A stretch of DNA of 64,000 nucleotides, taken from the NCBI GenBank assembly GCA_973895155.1, contig OZ316899.1:6017241-6081240 (forward strand). The letters are read 5' to 3'. The number at the start of each line of letters is the position of its first letter. Position 1 is the stretch's first letter. Of this stretch, positions 39,415 to 51,562 are shown one piece after another. A program made the position numbers and the translations under genes. This DNA comes from Marsupella aquatica. Its lineage: Eukaryota; Plantae; Marchantiophyta. The notes beneath the pieces are model-generated. The model did no database searches. It was not told the DNA's origin and was given only the letters and a program-made list of their open reading frames with translations.

Positions 39415-42087
39415 CTACTTCAGCCGCTTCCCAAAGTCACTCAGATACTTCCCAATGTCCAGTAGCTCTCCTGAGTAACACTCTTCCTTGAACACTAGAC
39501 TCCCCATCTTTCGGTCCGCAATTGGCTCCCCTTTGAACTTTGCACTTAGATCCATCTTAGCATCTCGGTTCTCCCCCATAGCAATGCCAACTTCTGTTGC
39601 TGTTGGATCTCGCAGCTGCTTTCGGTTCCTCTCATTTCCAGGTAGAACCGCCGGAAACTGAACCACCTCCTTATCATCTTTGCCCCGAACCTTCACCATG
39701 AAGGTAGTATCATCAAGAACCTTCGTCTCCATCCTCCATTCAGTGATGAACGACATGCCCAGTATCACCGGAAACGACAAGTGCTCATGAACAAAAATGT
39801 TACAAGCTTGCTTGACATTCCAGAACTTCACCATCACATTCGGACATCCGCCCCAAAGATAGTCCTTCATTGAACTCACCGAGTTCACACTCCAAAGCAA
39901 CTCATTGTCCACCGGCCAATTCCCCTTTTGAAACACCTTTGGATCCATCAAGTTGATCTCCGAGCCAGTATCAATGAGCGCCCACACCTTGCCTTCCATT
40001 CCTTCCAACTGGCACTCGCTCTCCGAACTTGCTCGAGCCCAGTATCCATCTCGGTAAGCATAACCGTTTCCTTTCATTGAGCCCATGACATTAATGGTCC
40101 TCGACTGTGCGGTAATGCTTTCCCGTTCTCCCCCTTTGGTCGGGTCCCTGTTTGCCACAGACTCAGCTTCGCTTCCGGTTCCCATGAGCTCCTCTTCCGC
40201 ATCGAAGAACTCATCGTCCAAGTTCATGAGCTCCTCTTCAAGGGACTTGACCCTCTTTGATTCCCCCAAGTCTGACTCTTCGGGGCCAACAAGCTTACTA
40301 CCTGAACCCATGAACACCCCAGCAGTATAAGTTTGGAAACTCCCAATTTCCGTCTCGCCAGCCTCCCCCATCAAGGTGTGAGGGCCCTCTTTGTAAATCC
40401 GTTTCCTCTTGGATCTCTCCAAGATCGCTTCCTGGATCTCCCGCCTCATACTGCCAAAGAACTTGGCGCTGGTAAACCCTTGAGCCTGTTGGCTCCATAA
40501 CTTCTCAGCTACAACCTCCGGGTACATGGCCTGGTCCACGTCCCTGCCAAGCACCCAGCCCGGGTCCTTCCTGATCGGTTTCCCTTTCTCTGGCTCTTTC
40601 TCGCTCATTTCCTCTTCTTTGAACCTAACCCTCCTTTCCTTGTCTTGAGTATCCCGTCTCTCTCGTTTTCCTGATTGAGACGGAGTGGCATCCTTGTCGG
40701 TTTTCTTTCTTTTTGACTTGACCGAGGCATCCCAACTAGCCCCAACCTCAACCATTATCGCATTGATCAGCACCGGGTCACTCCATCCGGATCTCTCTCG
40801 CACCAGATCCGCCAAGCGCTTGTAAAACTTGTCCGTTTCCGTCACGGGGCCATCCAACTCCACATTGTAAACATTCGCTTCCAGGTGCAAAGAGGACGCC
40901 TCTTCGACTCGCTTCCCAGCTCGCTTCTCAGCCAAAGCCTTCATGCCTCCCTTGTTGGAGTTGAATGGAATTGGCTCCTCAGTATTGGCAAACAATATCT
41001 TTTTCTGACCAACTTCACCGACAAACTTGATCAACCCTTTATCCGTAGCTTCCCTCAGGTCCAGGCACTCCCGTTTGTCATGCTCTTTGCTGTTGCACCA
41101 CATGCATGGCCAACTCTGCATCTCTCGCTTCCTCTCGGGAGCACTCGCAACCCTCGGTTTTGGATTCTTGACCGCATGTGCCACCAAGATCTTCAGGTTC
41201 TGCATCATTTCTACGAGATCATCCACCGATGGTTTGATCTCATCCTTCGCTGGTTCTTGCTTCCCTTTCCTCAATATCGGTTCCGGCGGCCTTAGGTCAA
41301 AAGTGGTAGCCTCCTTGTCTAGCTCTCGCCGCCGGTGTCGATTGCTCACTTTCAACACCGCTTTCTCAACTTGGTTCCAGTCGTTAGACAAGGTAACTCT
41401 CGAAGGTTCCAGCAGCTCCATCACGTTCTCAAGCTCCTCTTGAAGGTCCTCATTGGTTGCCCTCAAGAAGAGCGTCGAGCGCTGCAACTTGATGATTCCC
41501 ACATCCCGCTTCGGTAACTGAGACACCCTTCTCTTGAACTCCCTTAGGAGCTCTTGCGGCCCCTTAAGCTTCTTGTTCTTGTCATTCACCCAATCCAAGA
41601 AGGTAGCCTGCGTGACCCGATCAGCATCCTCCGCTTGGAACTCCTCTTTCATCTTCTGGTCGAAGTCATCCCAGCCCTCTGACTCAACGATGGTTCGCAC
41701 CGTCAAACTCAACTCCTTCTCAACTAGCACCATGAACTCTTTCACGGCCGTCCCTTCGTCCAACTTGTAGACAGCTGCTTCTGTCAAGTAAGACTTAAGG
41801 TAGCTTGTCACATTTCTCCCATTGAACTGCCCATTCTCTTTTTGAACCTCTTGGAGACACCGAGTAGTTCTATTCGCTTCCCTGTTCGCCCTTTCCGACT
41901 CAAGCTCTTCCTTCCTTATGGTTCTCATCATCGACATGACGATGCTCGATATCCGATCGACTTTGTCATAGTCACCCATCTCATCCAATCGCCCCAAGGA
42001 ATCCCCAATATGGTCGCCAATGTTGCGAGGACTTAAAGTTAGGGGCTCCTCGGGCAAACTACGCGTTTCTGGCTGCGATCGGGACAA
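39415..42087 (-). CDS. Gag-aspartic protease polyprotein (890-aa ORF; real start probably MGDYDK just after the PBS)
   Basis: FNGRNVT.YL gag start; CCHC knuckle CMWCNSKEHDKREC; protease ALIDTGSEINLM..VILGMSF; no RT/RNase H motifs. Confidence 0.9.
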   Translation of the reverse strand: MSRSQPETRSLPEEPLTLSPRNIGDHIGDSLGRLDEMGDYDKVDRISSIVMSMMRTIRKEELESERANREANRTTRCLQEVQKENGQFNGRNVTSYLKSYLTEAAVYKLDEGTAVKEFMVLVEKELSLTVRTIVESEGWDDFDQKMKEEFQAEDADRVTQATFLDWVNDKNKKLKGPQELLREFKRRVSQLPKRDVGIIKLQRSTLFLRATNEDLQEELENVMELLEPSRVTLSNDWNQVEKAVLKVSNRHRRRELDKEATTFDLRPPEPILRKGKQEPAKDEIKPSVDDLVEMMQNLKILVAHAVKNPKPRVASAPERKREMQSWPCMWCNSKEHDKRECLDLREATDKGLIKFVGEVGQKKILFANTEEPIPFNSNKGGMKALAEKRAGKRVEEASSLHLEANVYNVELDGPVTETDKFYKRLADLVRERSGWSDPVLINAIMVEVGASWDASVKSKRKKTDKDATPSQSGKRERRDTQDKERRVRFKEEEMSEKEPEKGKPIRKDPGWVLGRDVDQAMYPEVVAEKLWSQQAQGFTSAKFFGSMRREIQEAILERSKRKRIYKEGPHTLMGEAGETEIGSFQTYTAGVFMGSGSKLVGPEESDLGESKRVKSLEEELMNLDDEFFDAEEELMGTGSEAESVANRDPTKGGERESITAQSRTINVMGSMKGNGYAYRDGYWARASSESECQLEGMEGKVWALIDTGSEINLMDPKVFQKGNWPVDNELLWSVNSVSSMKDYLWGGCPNVMVKFWNVKQACNIFVHEHLSFPVILGMSFITEWRMETKVLDDTTFMVKVRGKDDKEVVQFPAVLPGNERNRKQLRDPTATEVGIAMGENRDAKMDLSAKFKGEPIADRKMGSLVFKEECYSGELLDIGKYLSDFGKRLK
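42002..42019 (-). other. Primer binding site, probably tRNA-Arg type
   Basis: TGGCGACCATATTGGGGA lies 1 nt inside the 5' LTR; resembles the complement of the plant tRNA-Arg(UCG) 3' end as recalled. Confidence 0.7.
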
Positions 42088-43058
42088 GTGACAAGCACTT
42101 TTTGGAGCGAACTCTCACTCTATATTTTTTACTTTTCTCACAAAGGTTACAATAGGTGTGGTGCGTCCCATGGCTCCCCAAACCCAAGAAAACCCCCTTG
42201 CTCAAGCCGATTCCCGCAGGTTTTGTCCTCGGCGAGGCCGTTTCCGTGGCTTAGCGGCATGGGACGTTGCTAATCCTCCTTCTACTACTATTAACATTTT
42301 ACACACATATACTAGACAGATTCTTTATCGGGTCATGAGATACTTAGCCGGCCTATTCTAGGCCTTCCCCTGTATTCCTCTCCTGGTCTTCCATTAGGTA
42401 TGTTTGGATTTCGCCGCTGGAATGATCCCCAATTGGCTTGGTTAAGCCGCTAAGACCTCTCTCAGCTCGACACATCCAACTCTCACTCCCTTGCTACTTC
42501 CCTTCATTGATGTGGGCACTCTTCCTACAAGTTAATGCGACACACAAATAGCAAAATGACTCCTTCTGACTGAGTTATACCATGCACTTGCCATACAAAC
42601 AGTACATCTCATACACAAGCTCTGCGAACTAAGCCGTGAGGCCAACTCTATTCAGTTCTTAGGCATGAGGAAACATGAATATACACAAGGGTCACTGTAT
42701 AACTAACCGAGAGCTTCTCTTACTACTTGATCCCAGCCTTGCTGGTGCAACTAAAAACTTGCTAAAGAAGAGGCCCTGGACTCCCCGCTCCCCAGGTATT
42801 TATCCTGGCAGCGGATCTGTCCAGAACTTTGTCGCATAAGCTTAATCTATCCTACCTGTAATCTACCTAATTGTACAGCGAGGCAGGAGCACAAGTGTTG
42901 CTCCTACCACTGGATCCGCCATCCCACTAATCTAAGTGTCAGGGCCGTCTCCTGGTCTTGATCCTAATCCTAAACTTGGAGATCTGAGCCCGCCCTGCCC
43001 ACTCATGCCTCCTACCTCCACGTCCGCCCTTCCTTAAAGGAATGGCACCCTTGCACCG

Positions 43059-46000
43059 TCACGACACCGGTGGCGGATCCTCAACGGACGCCCCCAATGC
43101 TTCCCCCGTAGCCACTGCCGTTGGTCCGTCCTCTGATAGATTACCTGCCCCGGACCGAGTCAACTCTTCATCGGCTTGACTGGGTCCACCCTCGGCTTCA
43201 GCCTCAGCATCGGTCACGGCTTTCGATACAGCTTCGGCCTCCCCGTCATGTTCTAGTGGAGGATCCGGTACCTCGGCTTCATCAATAGCTGTCCCGGCCT
43301 CGGCCTTGCCATCCCCACCTTCTTCAACAGGTGGATCTACTATCGTGACCATGCCGGAGGTTGGTGTCGGGTTGACCTCCTCGGTCACAACGGCTTGGTA
43401 AGCCGTATAATTCCAGACCTAGAAGGTTTTTGCTTCTTCTTCTTCCCTGTTTTGGTAGCTGGTCCCTTCCCCTTGCTACCTACCTCCGGCATCGGGGCGT
43501 GTGTCTCGGCTTGTCTTTTGGCCAGTACCCCTCCTGGTAACGGAGTTCCCACAATTGGAGTTGGACCAGATAAAGCTAGGCACTTAAATACTGCGGCCTG
43601 TTTCTTCAGCCGCTCCGTTTGGTTGTCGGCCCGCCGCTGTAAATTCTCCATCTTCCTGGTGGTTTCCTCCAACTCCTCCTGGGCTTCCTCCAGGTCCTTC
43701 CGTCCCTCCTGCAGCTCCTTTCAGGCTTCCTCCAATTCCAATTTTAAGGTAGCCCTCTCCTCCTGGGTTGCTCTTAGCTCCTTGTCAAGCTCCGCTACGA
43801 CCTCAGACTCCATCTTATTCATCTTGGCATAAGTCTGGTCAAGCTGGTCGTCCTTCTCACGCAGGTCCGCCTTGAAGTTGGCCGTCAGGGACGCAAGCTC
43901 CTGCTGCAGCGCAATAATCCCTTGATAGGATTTTCCTAACTCGGCCTCCTTCTGCTCAAGGGCTCCGCGGATATCCTCGAGCTCTCCTTTCAATGCCCTC
44001 TCCTTTCTTTGAGTCTCCGCCATGGCCCGGTTGTTGGCGGTTATGTGGGCCTCCTCTGCGTCCCTCAGCTCCTGCTTCCACTTTTCCCTGTCCTTGACCG
44101 CGCCGGCCAACTCTACTTGAGTCCGAGTCAGTTTATCTTTGATAATCTGATTGCCAGACTGAGCGGCATCCAATTGTCCTTGCATGATGTTTAGCTCATG
44201 CCGCTTAATCCGCAGCTCCTCTTGGGCTTTCTTGGCCGCCTGCAGGTCTTCCACCTCGGCTTCCATCTCTCTAAGCCGCCGGATGACCTTGTCCTTCTTG
44301 CTTCTCTCCAAAGCCATCGCTTCTTCTAATCGGTGCTTCTCCAACATCTCCCTCTGGAAAAAAGGTCCCTGCTCCAACTCCTCCCCAAAGATGTTGAGCG
44401 CCAGGTCCCCACACATCTCCCCGTACTCCATGGCTCTATCTTTAGCATAGGTGGAGTAAGTAGAAGTCATCGGCATCAACCACCTCGGCCTCTGTTCCCA
44501 AGCCGCCTTGCAGATTTCTTCTACGGTGGCAAGAGGGTTGCTTCTTTTTTCGGCAAGCCGCCTGATGTCCTCCGGCCGATCTCCTCCTGGTAATTCTTTC
44601 TCCCTAGCCAGGGCTGCTTTCTCTTCCTCCCTAAGTCGCTCCTGAAAATCTTGTGCCATCTGCTTTATGCCGTCAAAGCTCGGGGGAGCAACCTCTGGTG
44701 GGGGAGACTCGGGGCTACTCTGCTGGGTGGGGTCCCCTCAAACTACTCTTGGAAGCGTGGGGATAAACCGGCCATAGGTCCTTACTCCTGGAACATGATG
44801 ATCCAACCCATAGCCGGAGTTATCATTGCTGTAGTCCTCCACCGCCTCCTCCACTGCTTGGACTCCCGACTTCCCCCTCTGTTCCCCTGGTCCTACCGTG
44901 AAAACGGCCTCACAGATCACGGGCCCTTGTTCCTCCTCTGGTTTCCAAGCTGTCCTCTCCCTCTATTTTCCGCAGGAAGGAGCCTTAGGCTGCTCTGCCT
45001 CCGATTCGGGGCTTGAGGCTCCCACATACATTCGAACTCCCGGCTTGTGTTCCGGCCTCCTTCTCTCGTTGGCTCCGGTAAAGGGGTTTTCCCTCCTGAG
45101 TTGGCTTAAGCCGGCCTCGGGGGCAGTGTCTTGTACCGGTGCCGTTGCCGTTGCTGGTGCCGTTCTCTCCTCCTCCAGCAATTTCAGCAGATTCTGCATG
45201 CCTGATTGCTGCATCGGCAAGTCTTCTTTCCTTGGCCGAAACACTTGCTCGATCATAGGACTGGCAGGCTGGTTGGGCTCTTCTGTTGCCGGCCTCTGCT
45301 CCGGAACCTCCTTCGGTGCCCTTGCCGATAGGGGAAGTACTGGGGCAAAGATTTGATTTCTGGCATACCGGCACAACAACGGCATGTGATAGCCAAGCCG
45401 GGACACGCTTCCCACGCCGATCACCTGTTGTTCCTCCTTCAAGATCTTCTTCAGTTGGTTGAGGAGGTACCCGTTGTAATCTCGGCTTGGGTCTAACCTT
45501 TTTTCCAGGTAGACCTGAGGCTTGCCGATCTCTGCCCTCGGCAAGTTACAATGCATGGTCACCCGCAAGAAATCGATCATCTCTCCGATGTGCGGGTTGG
45601 TGCAAGTGTTCCGGAAGAAGCCATTCTTTGTTGATGGTCCTGGGAACGACCGGAACTCCTTGTCAAGTAAGGTCTTCCTGGTATCAACCTTGGTCTTATT
45701 ACCCATCGGCAAGCCAAACACCTCGGCAATCACCCGGGGAGTGAGATAGAAATCCTTCCCATACACCTTGTGGAATTGGTCTCGGGTTCCCATGATCCCA
45801 CGAATTCTAATAAGTCTGAGTCCGGCACCTCCAGCTTCAGCCATGTTAATCTTACGAAGGCTTCCAAGCCGGATCCGGCCATGAAGCCCTGGTACTTCTT
45901 GGTCTGCATGGCCGTAAAGCATGCATCCTCCTCCCGTGCAAAATGTAATTGCACTTCCTCTGGTAGGGTCGCCGCCCAGTCTTTCCAGGTGTCATCCTTT

Positions 46001-46610
46001 GTTGGAATGGCATTGACCTCCTCCTCTTTGGCTTCTCCCTGCCTCCTGTTCTGCTGCTCTGTTGGCTTCCTTGGTGCCGCCAACCTTGTTCTTTTTGCCG
46101 GGGTGGCCTCTTCGTTGTTGTTTCCTTTCCTCTTCATCTCGGCTGCCGCGGATGTTTCTCCTAGCACAGTTGCCTTTGTCCACCCCTCCGTGCTACCCTT
46201 CAACTCCCAGTGTGCGTTGTTGCAGCGGTTGATGGCTTCCCAAATGCCGACGATTCTGTCTTCGCAAAACAGAAGGTCATCGAGTTGATTGGCAGTAGGA
46301 GTCCACAAGAACTCGGCCTTGATGAGTTCTCCTACTAAGAAGGCAGACTTCTGCAGCTCCCACAGACAAGCGAGCTCCTGCCATTCTCAAGCTGCTCTCT
46401 TCGATTCTTCGTTCTCGTAAGTCCTAATGTACTCAGTTGCCCGTTCGAACAGGCATCCCCAAAAATGTGTCGCTTGATTGACGTTGCTCATACCCTCCTT
46501 GACTTGATCATTGGTATCTGCTCCTGCCTAGAGTGCTTGCCTAAGCAGCTGACAGTAGTTGGCCTTCCATAGTCGTCTGCCCAGTTCGTGCTTGCAATTG
46601 AGCCATCATT
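43059..46610 (-). pseudogene. Family-A gene copy 2 (PMD-like motif plus coiled coil); start approximate
   Basis: ORFs 46308-45730, 45922-44963, 44920-44738, 44659-43721, 43672-43385 and 43388-43059; DLLEFVGSWEPETNS / YGKDFYLTPRVIAEVFGLP. Confidence 0.85.
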
Positions 46611-46844
46611 CCTCGCGAGCGGTCCTTACCCCTCTCCTCCTCTGGTCTTTCCTCCCGTTGGTTACCCCTAGCTGCCGATGCTTAGCGCACCCTAACCCTA
46701 ATCGTGTTCTCTCCCCCGACGTCCTTACCTCCGGCCTCGGCCCGGGTTCCATAGTCACCCTTAATTGTTTATATTTTCCTTGTTTTTGTTACTATACTAA
46801 TGTGTTTATAGGGTACACCTCCGTTTTCCCCACTTAACTGGCCT

Positions 46845-47226
46845 GGGTATAGCGACGGAGACAGGAAACAGATAAACAGGATTTTTTTTTCCTATTTTTA
46901 ATATGCTGTTACCAGGAAAAAATCATTGTTACCAGGAAAAATGACAATTTAAAAATGTCTTATAAAACATATTATTTTCAAAAAAAATTAACAATGCAAC
47001 ATTTTTGGCTAGCTTTGGGCGCTACTATTAGAAGCGCCGGGCGCTAGCAAAAAAAACTGGTCGACCAAAAAAAAAAACTTTTTTTTTCTCAAAAAAAAAT
47101 TCAAAAAAAAATCAAAAAAAAATCAAAAAAAAATTCCACCCATTTTCCTGTTACCAGTTTTTTTTCTTGTTACCAGTTTCTGTTATTAAATCATGTTTCC
47201 TGTTTGCTGTCTTTTGTAAACACCTC
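46845..47226. mobile_element. MITE-like insertion (Mutator/hAT-like, ~380 bp)
   Basis: 8-bp direct repeat ACTGGCCT on both flanks (46837-46844 / 47227-47234); imperfect TIRs around ACAGGAAACA / TGTTTCCTGT; A/T-rich core; absent from the family-A copy at 58092. Confidence 0.75.
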
Positions 47227-48484
47227 ACTGGCCTAGTGATTCCTGGCTAGGCATCACAATAGGTGCCCTTGAGTAAGCTTGCCCACAAGAGTCTGATAGC
47301 TGGCCCTACGGCGGGCGGCTACCTCTAACTTGTCGAGTAGAACTCCTCAAGTGACTAACTACTCAAAATCTGATGGAAAAACTATTCTCCTTAGCTCACA
47401 AAACCAAAAACTCGACTAGCTACTCCACTAGTCTAAAACAGCTCGCACGGAACTCGGCCCTGGACCAATGAGGCTCCAAACTCGAGAAATCCTTGCCTGG
47501 ATTGACAAGACTCCAAACTTGAGAAATCCCTGCCTGGATCAACGAGACTCCAGACTCGAGAAATTCCCCGCCTGGATCGAAAACTCTCCACCTGGATCGA
47601 AAACTCACTTAGAACTCCAAAACTGCAGCACAATAGTCAAGTTCCGTAGAACGGAGCGGAACTCATAGAACGCAACTCAACAGATCTCAACAGACAATCG
47701 CCAACCTCAATGAGCCGAGGCTCAAGTCTTAAGCAGCATCGGAAACCCAACCATCCAGCCTGAGCCACCTGCCAGCAGCGAGGCTCATCCAAACTCCAAG
47801 CCTGGTGACTCACCCAAACACCAAACCTGGTGGCGACGAGTCTTCCAATCACCAAACCTCAATCCATCCAACCAAGCAGCCCCTCCGGGTCAGCATGCAC
47901 GCAACCCAACCGGGAGGCCTTGCCCATCATCCCCTATAAAAGCCATTCCTGAGCCGAAATCTTTCGGCACGACAACGTACATACTCAAATCACGGACTTG
48001 AACGTACTCAAATCATCGAATGAGAGTTCATTTACAAATGTCCGTGACAGACTGATATCTCGCATGGCCCGATCATATGTTGCGTGTAAAGCACAAAAGC
48101 ATTACCATGGATTGATTTGTGGAGTTCGTTGGGTTGCAAAGTTGCAAGGGAGAGGGTGGTTGCTATGTGATTCTCACACGAGGTTAGGTCAAAGAAGATT
48201 CTTAGCCACCAAATCTAATATTGCAAGTATTCATTCAAGGATTAATGGTTTGTCCAATCCGTTGTTTTGTCCGTACATCCGCCGCCATTTCAGTCTCAAA
48301 AATTATTTTTAAAGCAGGGCATGTGGGCCCATTAATCAAAGACATTGTAAGGAGGTCTGGTCCTTTTAGAGTGTGCCCGTTGGAGGTGGCGAGAAGGCGG
48401 TATACTCCGGTGTACAAGAATAAGCGGTCGACTATAGAAATCTGCAACCTCTTCACTGTATCAATCTGCAACCTCTTCAGCGTC

Positions 48485-49129
48485 ATGGAAAACCTTCCGA
48501 CAGTCATGGATATGGAGCTCAAAAAGAGGATGACGATGGTGCAAGCCGAGTCGCACAAACTTTGAGCTGAATTTTGCAGACATCAAGCCCGCATCCAAGA
48601 AGATCGAGCCCGGATTTGGATTGCATTTCCTCAACTCGATAACCTGATTCTAGGCTTGCCGGATGATATTGTTGAGTTGCACATTTGGCCGCAAATCCAT
48701 CGAGCGTTTGAAGAAGTTGTTTATCTTGATGATTCAAAAACGAGAGTTATATTGAATATGGTTCGTTCGGCTGCGCACGTAAGCAAGAAATGGAGGCACT
48801 TAGTATCAAACTGTAAGGCGTGGGTTGTTCTATGTTCCTCATACCAGTTTTGTGAGCACCGACTAAGTCATCACTTTGCATATGTGTACCATGAAACTCA
48901 CAAAGGTTATCCTCCCATCGATATTTGGAGTCGCCTTCCTCCTGAGGAAACTGTCCGCCATTCGAGCATCTGGTTGGAATATGATTTTGATTTGGTTGAT
49001 TACTACTTCAAAGTGTATGGTGTTCAGAAGAGCCACGTTGAATACTGGAAAATGACGCGTTCCGGTAACCACTTCATAGAGCAGATTCAGAATGCTTTTG
49101 AGCTCCTCTCGGAACTTGGTCTTTCGTAG
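48485..49129 (+). pseudogene. F-box-like protein (one in-frame TGA)
   Basis: MENLP..HKL*AEF..NLILGLPDDIVELHIWP..AAHVSKKWRHLV..KAWVVL, all in one frame. Confidence 0.65.
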
Positions 49130-49303
49130 AATTACTACACAGGCGTTCTTTACTAGATAGGACTGGCATAGATTGATCCAGATTTTGATTTGTTAGTCCT
49201 AGATGTATTTGTTCGTGAATTCAAAATATATTGCAATTTTTCCTGTCAAGACTCAATTGACATGGTCAATTTTTTGGGGACAATTTTGCACCGCCTCTCA
49301 ACT

Positions 49304-49550
49304 TTCAGCAAGGCCGCCGACAACTTTATCTTTTTTCCTTGTCTCTCAGTGAGGGTCGCTGAAATGGTAGGTGAATGACCAATGTCAATGTATTTTTAAA
49401 ATATTCAATGGAAAGTAGTTTTAGATTGTACTTTTATGTCATTCCACAGATTGTACTTTTATATCATTCCAAAATCCAACTTTAAGAAATGAATGAAGAT
49501 GAACTCAATTGAATTTTGGAGTATCGCATCTCTCGACGAGGCTTGCTGAG
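49304..49550. repeat. Palindrome cluster (three copies of the TCGGCGA-NNN-TCGCCGA-like motif)
   Basis: ttcagcaaggccgccga 49304, ctcagtgagggtcgctgaa 49345, ctcgacgaggcttgctgag 49532. Confidence 0.7.
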
Positions 49551-49874
49551 TGTCCCAAATTGGTCCTCGTCAACTTGAGTGAGCCCATTTTGGACTATTC
49601 TCATCCCTAGGCTATGGTCGTAGAGGGAAAGGACAATACGGATGGTTGTCCTGTACCAAGTGTCCGTATAACATAATCATTTTCAAATAATGATTGGAGG
49701 TATCCTGGAATGTCCGTGCAGGCACTGTTGACGTTAAGATTGTGAATCGAGGATTTGTATAAGAGGTTTGTTAGGACCAGGAATTAAGAGCATCAGACTA
49801 TTTCCATCTTGTATCATTTTGATCTTCGGAACTGAGTTGGGAGTGACAAATATAATCATGGAGAAGACAATCTC

Positions 49875-50483
49875 TTGTCCGATATAAAAAATATGGCAAG
49901 GGATGGGATGACTGAGAACTTTGCACCGAAAGAAGTATGGATAGTAAATTTTGTCGCCCGGAATCCATTTCCAATGAAATTTTTCTACTCGCGTTGTCCT
50001 ATTTTCCAATGCGGTCTCTCCATGGAATTTGGTCGGAAGTGCAACCATTCTATGACTGCGGAACCTGCATATTGATTCCATCTTTTAATTCAAGATTCAC
50101 TCCATGGAGGTAGTGCACCCGTTACTGCACAACTGTGGCAGAAAGGGAGCACCTTGTTGGGTTGCTCTGCAAAGGATTTTTCATCTTGTGATGAGTTGGA
50201 CCAGATCGTTTATGTCCAGCAACTGACGACAGCCTGTCCAAAGATTCTCGTCAGTTTGGCTGCAAAAGACCATGAATTGAAGATCCAACACCTGCATTTT
50301 TGTGATGGTCGTCCAAAAGTAGTTGTACCGAGAGGTATTCAATCCCTCATGTTGACCGAGCAGACACAGAGTACACCAAAGAAATTGGTGAAAGCAGCTT
50401 CTTCATTAGGGAGTGCTAAGAAATTGTTGGCAGGTCTTACTGACCTTATAAATCAATTCGAGGCAGCAGATTTAGATTTGTAA
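49875..50483 (+). pseudogene. RPA1/RPA70 C-terminal OB-fold (Zn-ribbon)-like remnant
   Basis: FFYSRCPIFQC.....KCNH......Y*FHLLIQDS......AQLW....LLGCSAKDF matches the RPA70-C pattern Y.aCP...C..K..C.....Y.l...i.D......llG.sA. Confidence 0.6.
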
Positions 50484-50824
50484 GGATGTCTAGATTCATT
50501 GGGCCCATTTTAATGTTTCTATTGGTCTATTTGGTGGTCGATTTAGATTTGCTGCCACAATGTACTTACAAACGAGAATATAAGCACCGGCTTTCGGGAG
50601 TTTTGGAAATTGTCCATCTAGTTTAATCTGAATACAAGTGCAAATATAACCTCAAATTCTATTTTGGCTATTCCGATCTCATTTGGACGAGAGTGATTTG
50701 GATGAGAGTGATTTGGACGAGAGTCCTTTGTCATTGAAGACAAATCTGACAGACTGGAAAAGATGCAAACATTGTTGACATATCATTAGCCCACCTGTTA
50801 CAAATATTTGGAGGCATCCTATGA

Positions 50825-51562
50825 CTAAACCCGGTAACAAATCTGAATAGTCTGACAAAGATCATCATTATCAAGCCCGTAGCCACAATCAGGATTGTTG
50901 TTAACCCAACCCGATGGATTGTCAGCCCAAACCAACCTGTTCTCCACCCATGCCTCTACCCTTCCATGGACATCACGATCAAAGAAATTATCATACAGAT
51001 CCCTCTCGTAACACTCCGTCCTCCTATTGTAATGTGCAACCCAAGACTTCAGTGGTGAAATGGGCCTCATGGAGAGGGCATCAATAGGAGGAATTTGACG
51101 TAAGAGCACACGAAACGTGCACGCGGTTGAATGATGAGTCCACTGTCTATATTCAGGGATATTTTCAACGATGTCCCTCAACACTTTCAAAGTTGCCCAT
51201 ACCTTCGAGTGAGTGATTAGGAATCTCCATTTCCTACTAACTCTCGACAAGACACAGATGTGGTTGATGGTCCGGAAGGTAGCATGATCATCAGTGCCAT
51301 GTGCATTTGCAGATTTAAATCCATTTCGAAGTAAAGGCCAAATGTGTCGCTCTGTCAGATCATCCGGGAGGCCAAAAATGAGACTCTGGTTTCTTCCCTG
51401 CCGATTCCGCAATGGATAATGCATAGGCTTAACCTGCCAGATTGATATTCGATCGACAATAGCTTTTGATTTGAGCTCCTCAATTTCAATCCTGAAATTC
51501 TTGAGCCGCTGAGCGCACTTCTGATAATAAAATTCCCTGACATCCGGATTCCATCCTGCCAT
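50825..51562 (-). CDS. F-box-like protein, apparently intact (245 aa from ATG 51562)
   Basis: SLIFGLPDDLTERHIWPLL...LSRVSRKWRFLI..SKVWATL; uninterrupted, intronless ORF. Confidence 0.7.
   Translation of the reverse strand: MAGWNPDVREFYYQKCAQRLKNFRIEIEELKSKAIVDRISIWQVKPMHYPLRNRQGRNQSLIFGLPDDLTERHIWPLLRNGFKSANAHGTDDHATFRTINHICVLSRVSRKWRFLITHSKVWATLKVLRDIVENIPEYRQWTHHSTACTFRVLLRQIPPIDALSMRPISPLKSWVAHYNRRTECYERDLYDNFFDRDVHGRVEAWVENRLVWADNPSGWVNNNPDCGYGLDNDDLCQTIQICYRV

Larger units (their letters stand above)
42157..47258 (-). mobile_element. Family A element copy 2 (5102 bp including a nested MITE)
   Basis: TGTGGTGCG...GGCATCACA; perfect TSD ATAGG (42152-42156 / 47259-47263); the empty site (single ATAGG) is visible in the sister LTR at ~38109. 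Confidence 0.96.
37975..47974 (-). mobile_element. Ty3/gypsy LTR retrotransposon, non-autonomous deletion derivative
   Basis: Two ~850-bp LTRs (TG..CA), 4-bp TSD ACGT (37971-37974 / 47975-47978), PBS, PPT, gag-protease ORF and integrase fragment. Confidence 0.95.
42021..47974 (-). repeat. 5' LTR of the gypsy element, split by a family-A insertion
   Basis: 42021-42156 and 47264-47974 together reconstruct the 37975-38824 LTR. Confidence 0.93.

Noticed and set aside
42002-42019. tRNA gene
   Set aside because: Only an ~18-nt complement of a tRNA 3' end (PBS); no cloverleaf.
42555-42580. Hammerhead ribozyme (retrozyme) core in the family-A non-coding part
   Set aside because: A CTGA..GA-like word is present but I could not build the stems or a correctly placed GAAA.
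40085-45750. Numerous S/L/F-rich plus-strand ORFs
   Set aside because: Antisense shadows of the minus-strand gag and family-A coiled-coil genes.
46690-46702. ccctaaccctaa telomere-like motif
   Set aside because: Only two units; at most a telo-box, not an interstitial telomere array.
49875-50483. Helitron call based on the RPA-like gene
   Set aside because: No Rep/helicase ORF or convincing 3' hairpin-CTRR end found in the window.
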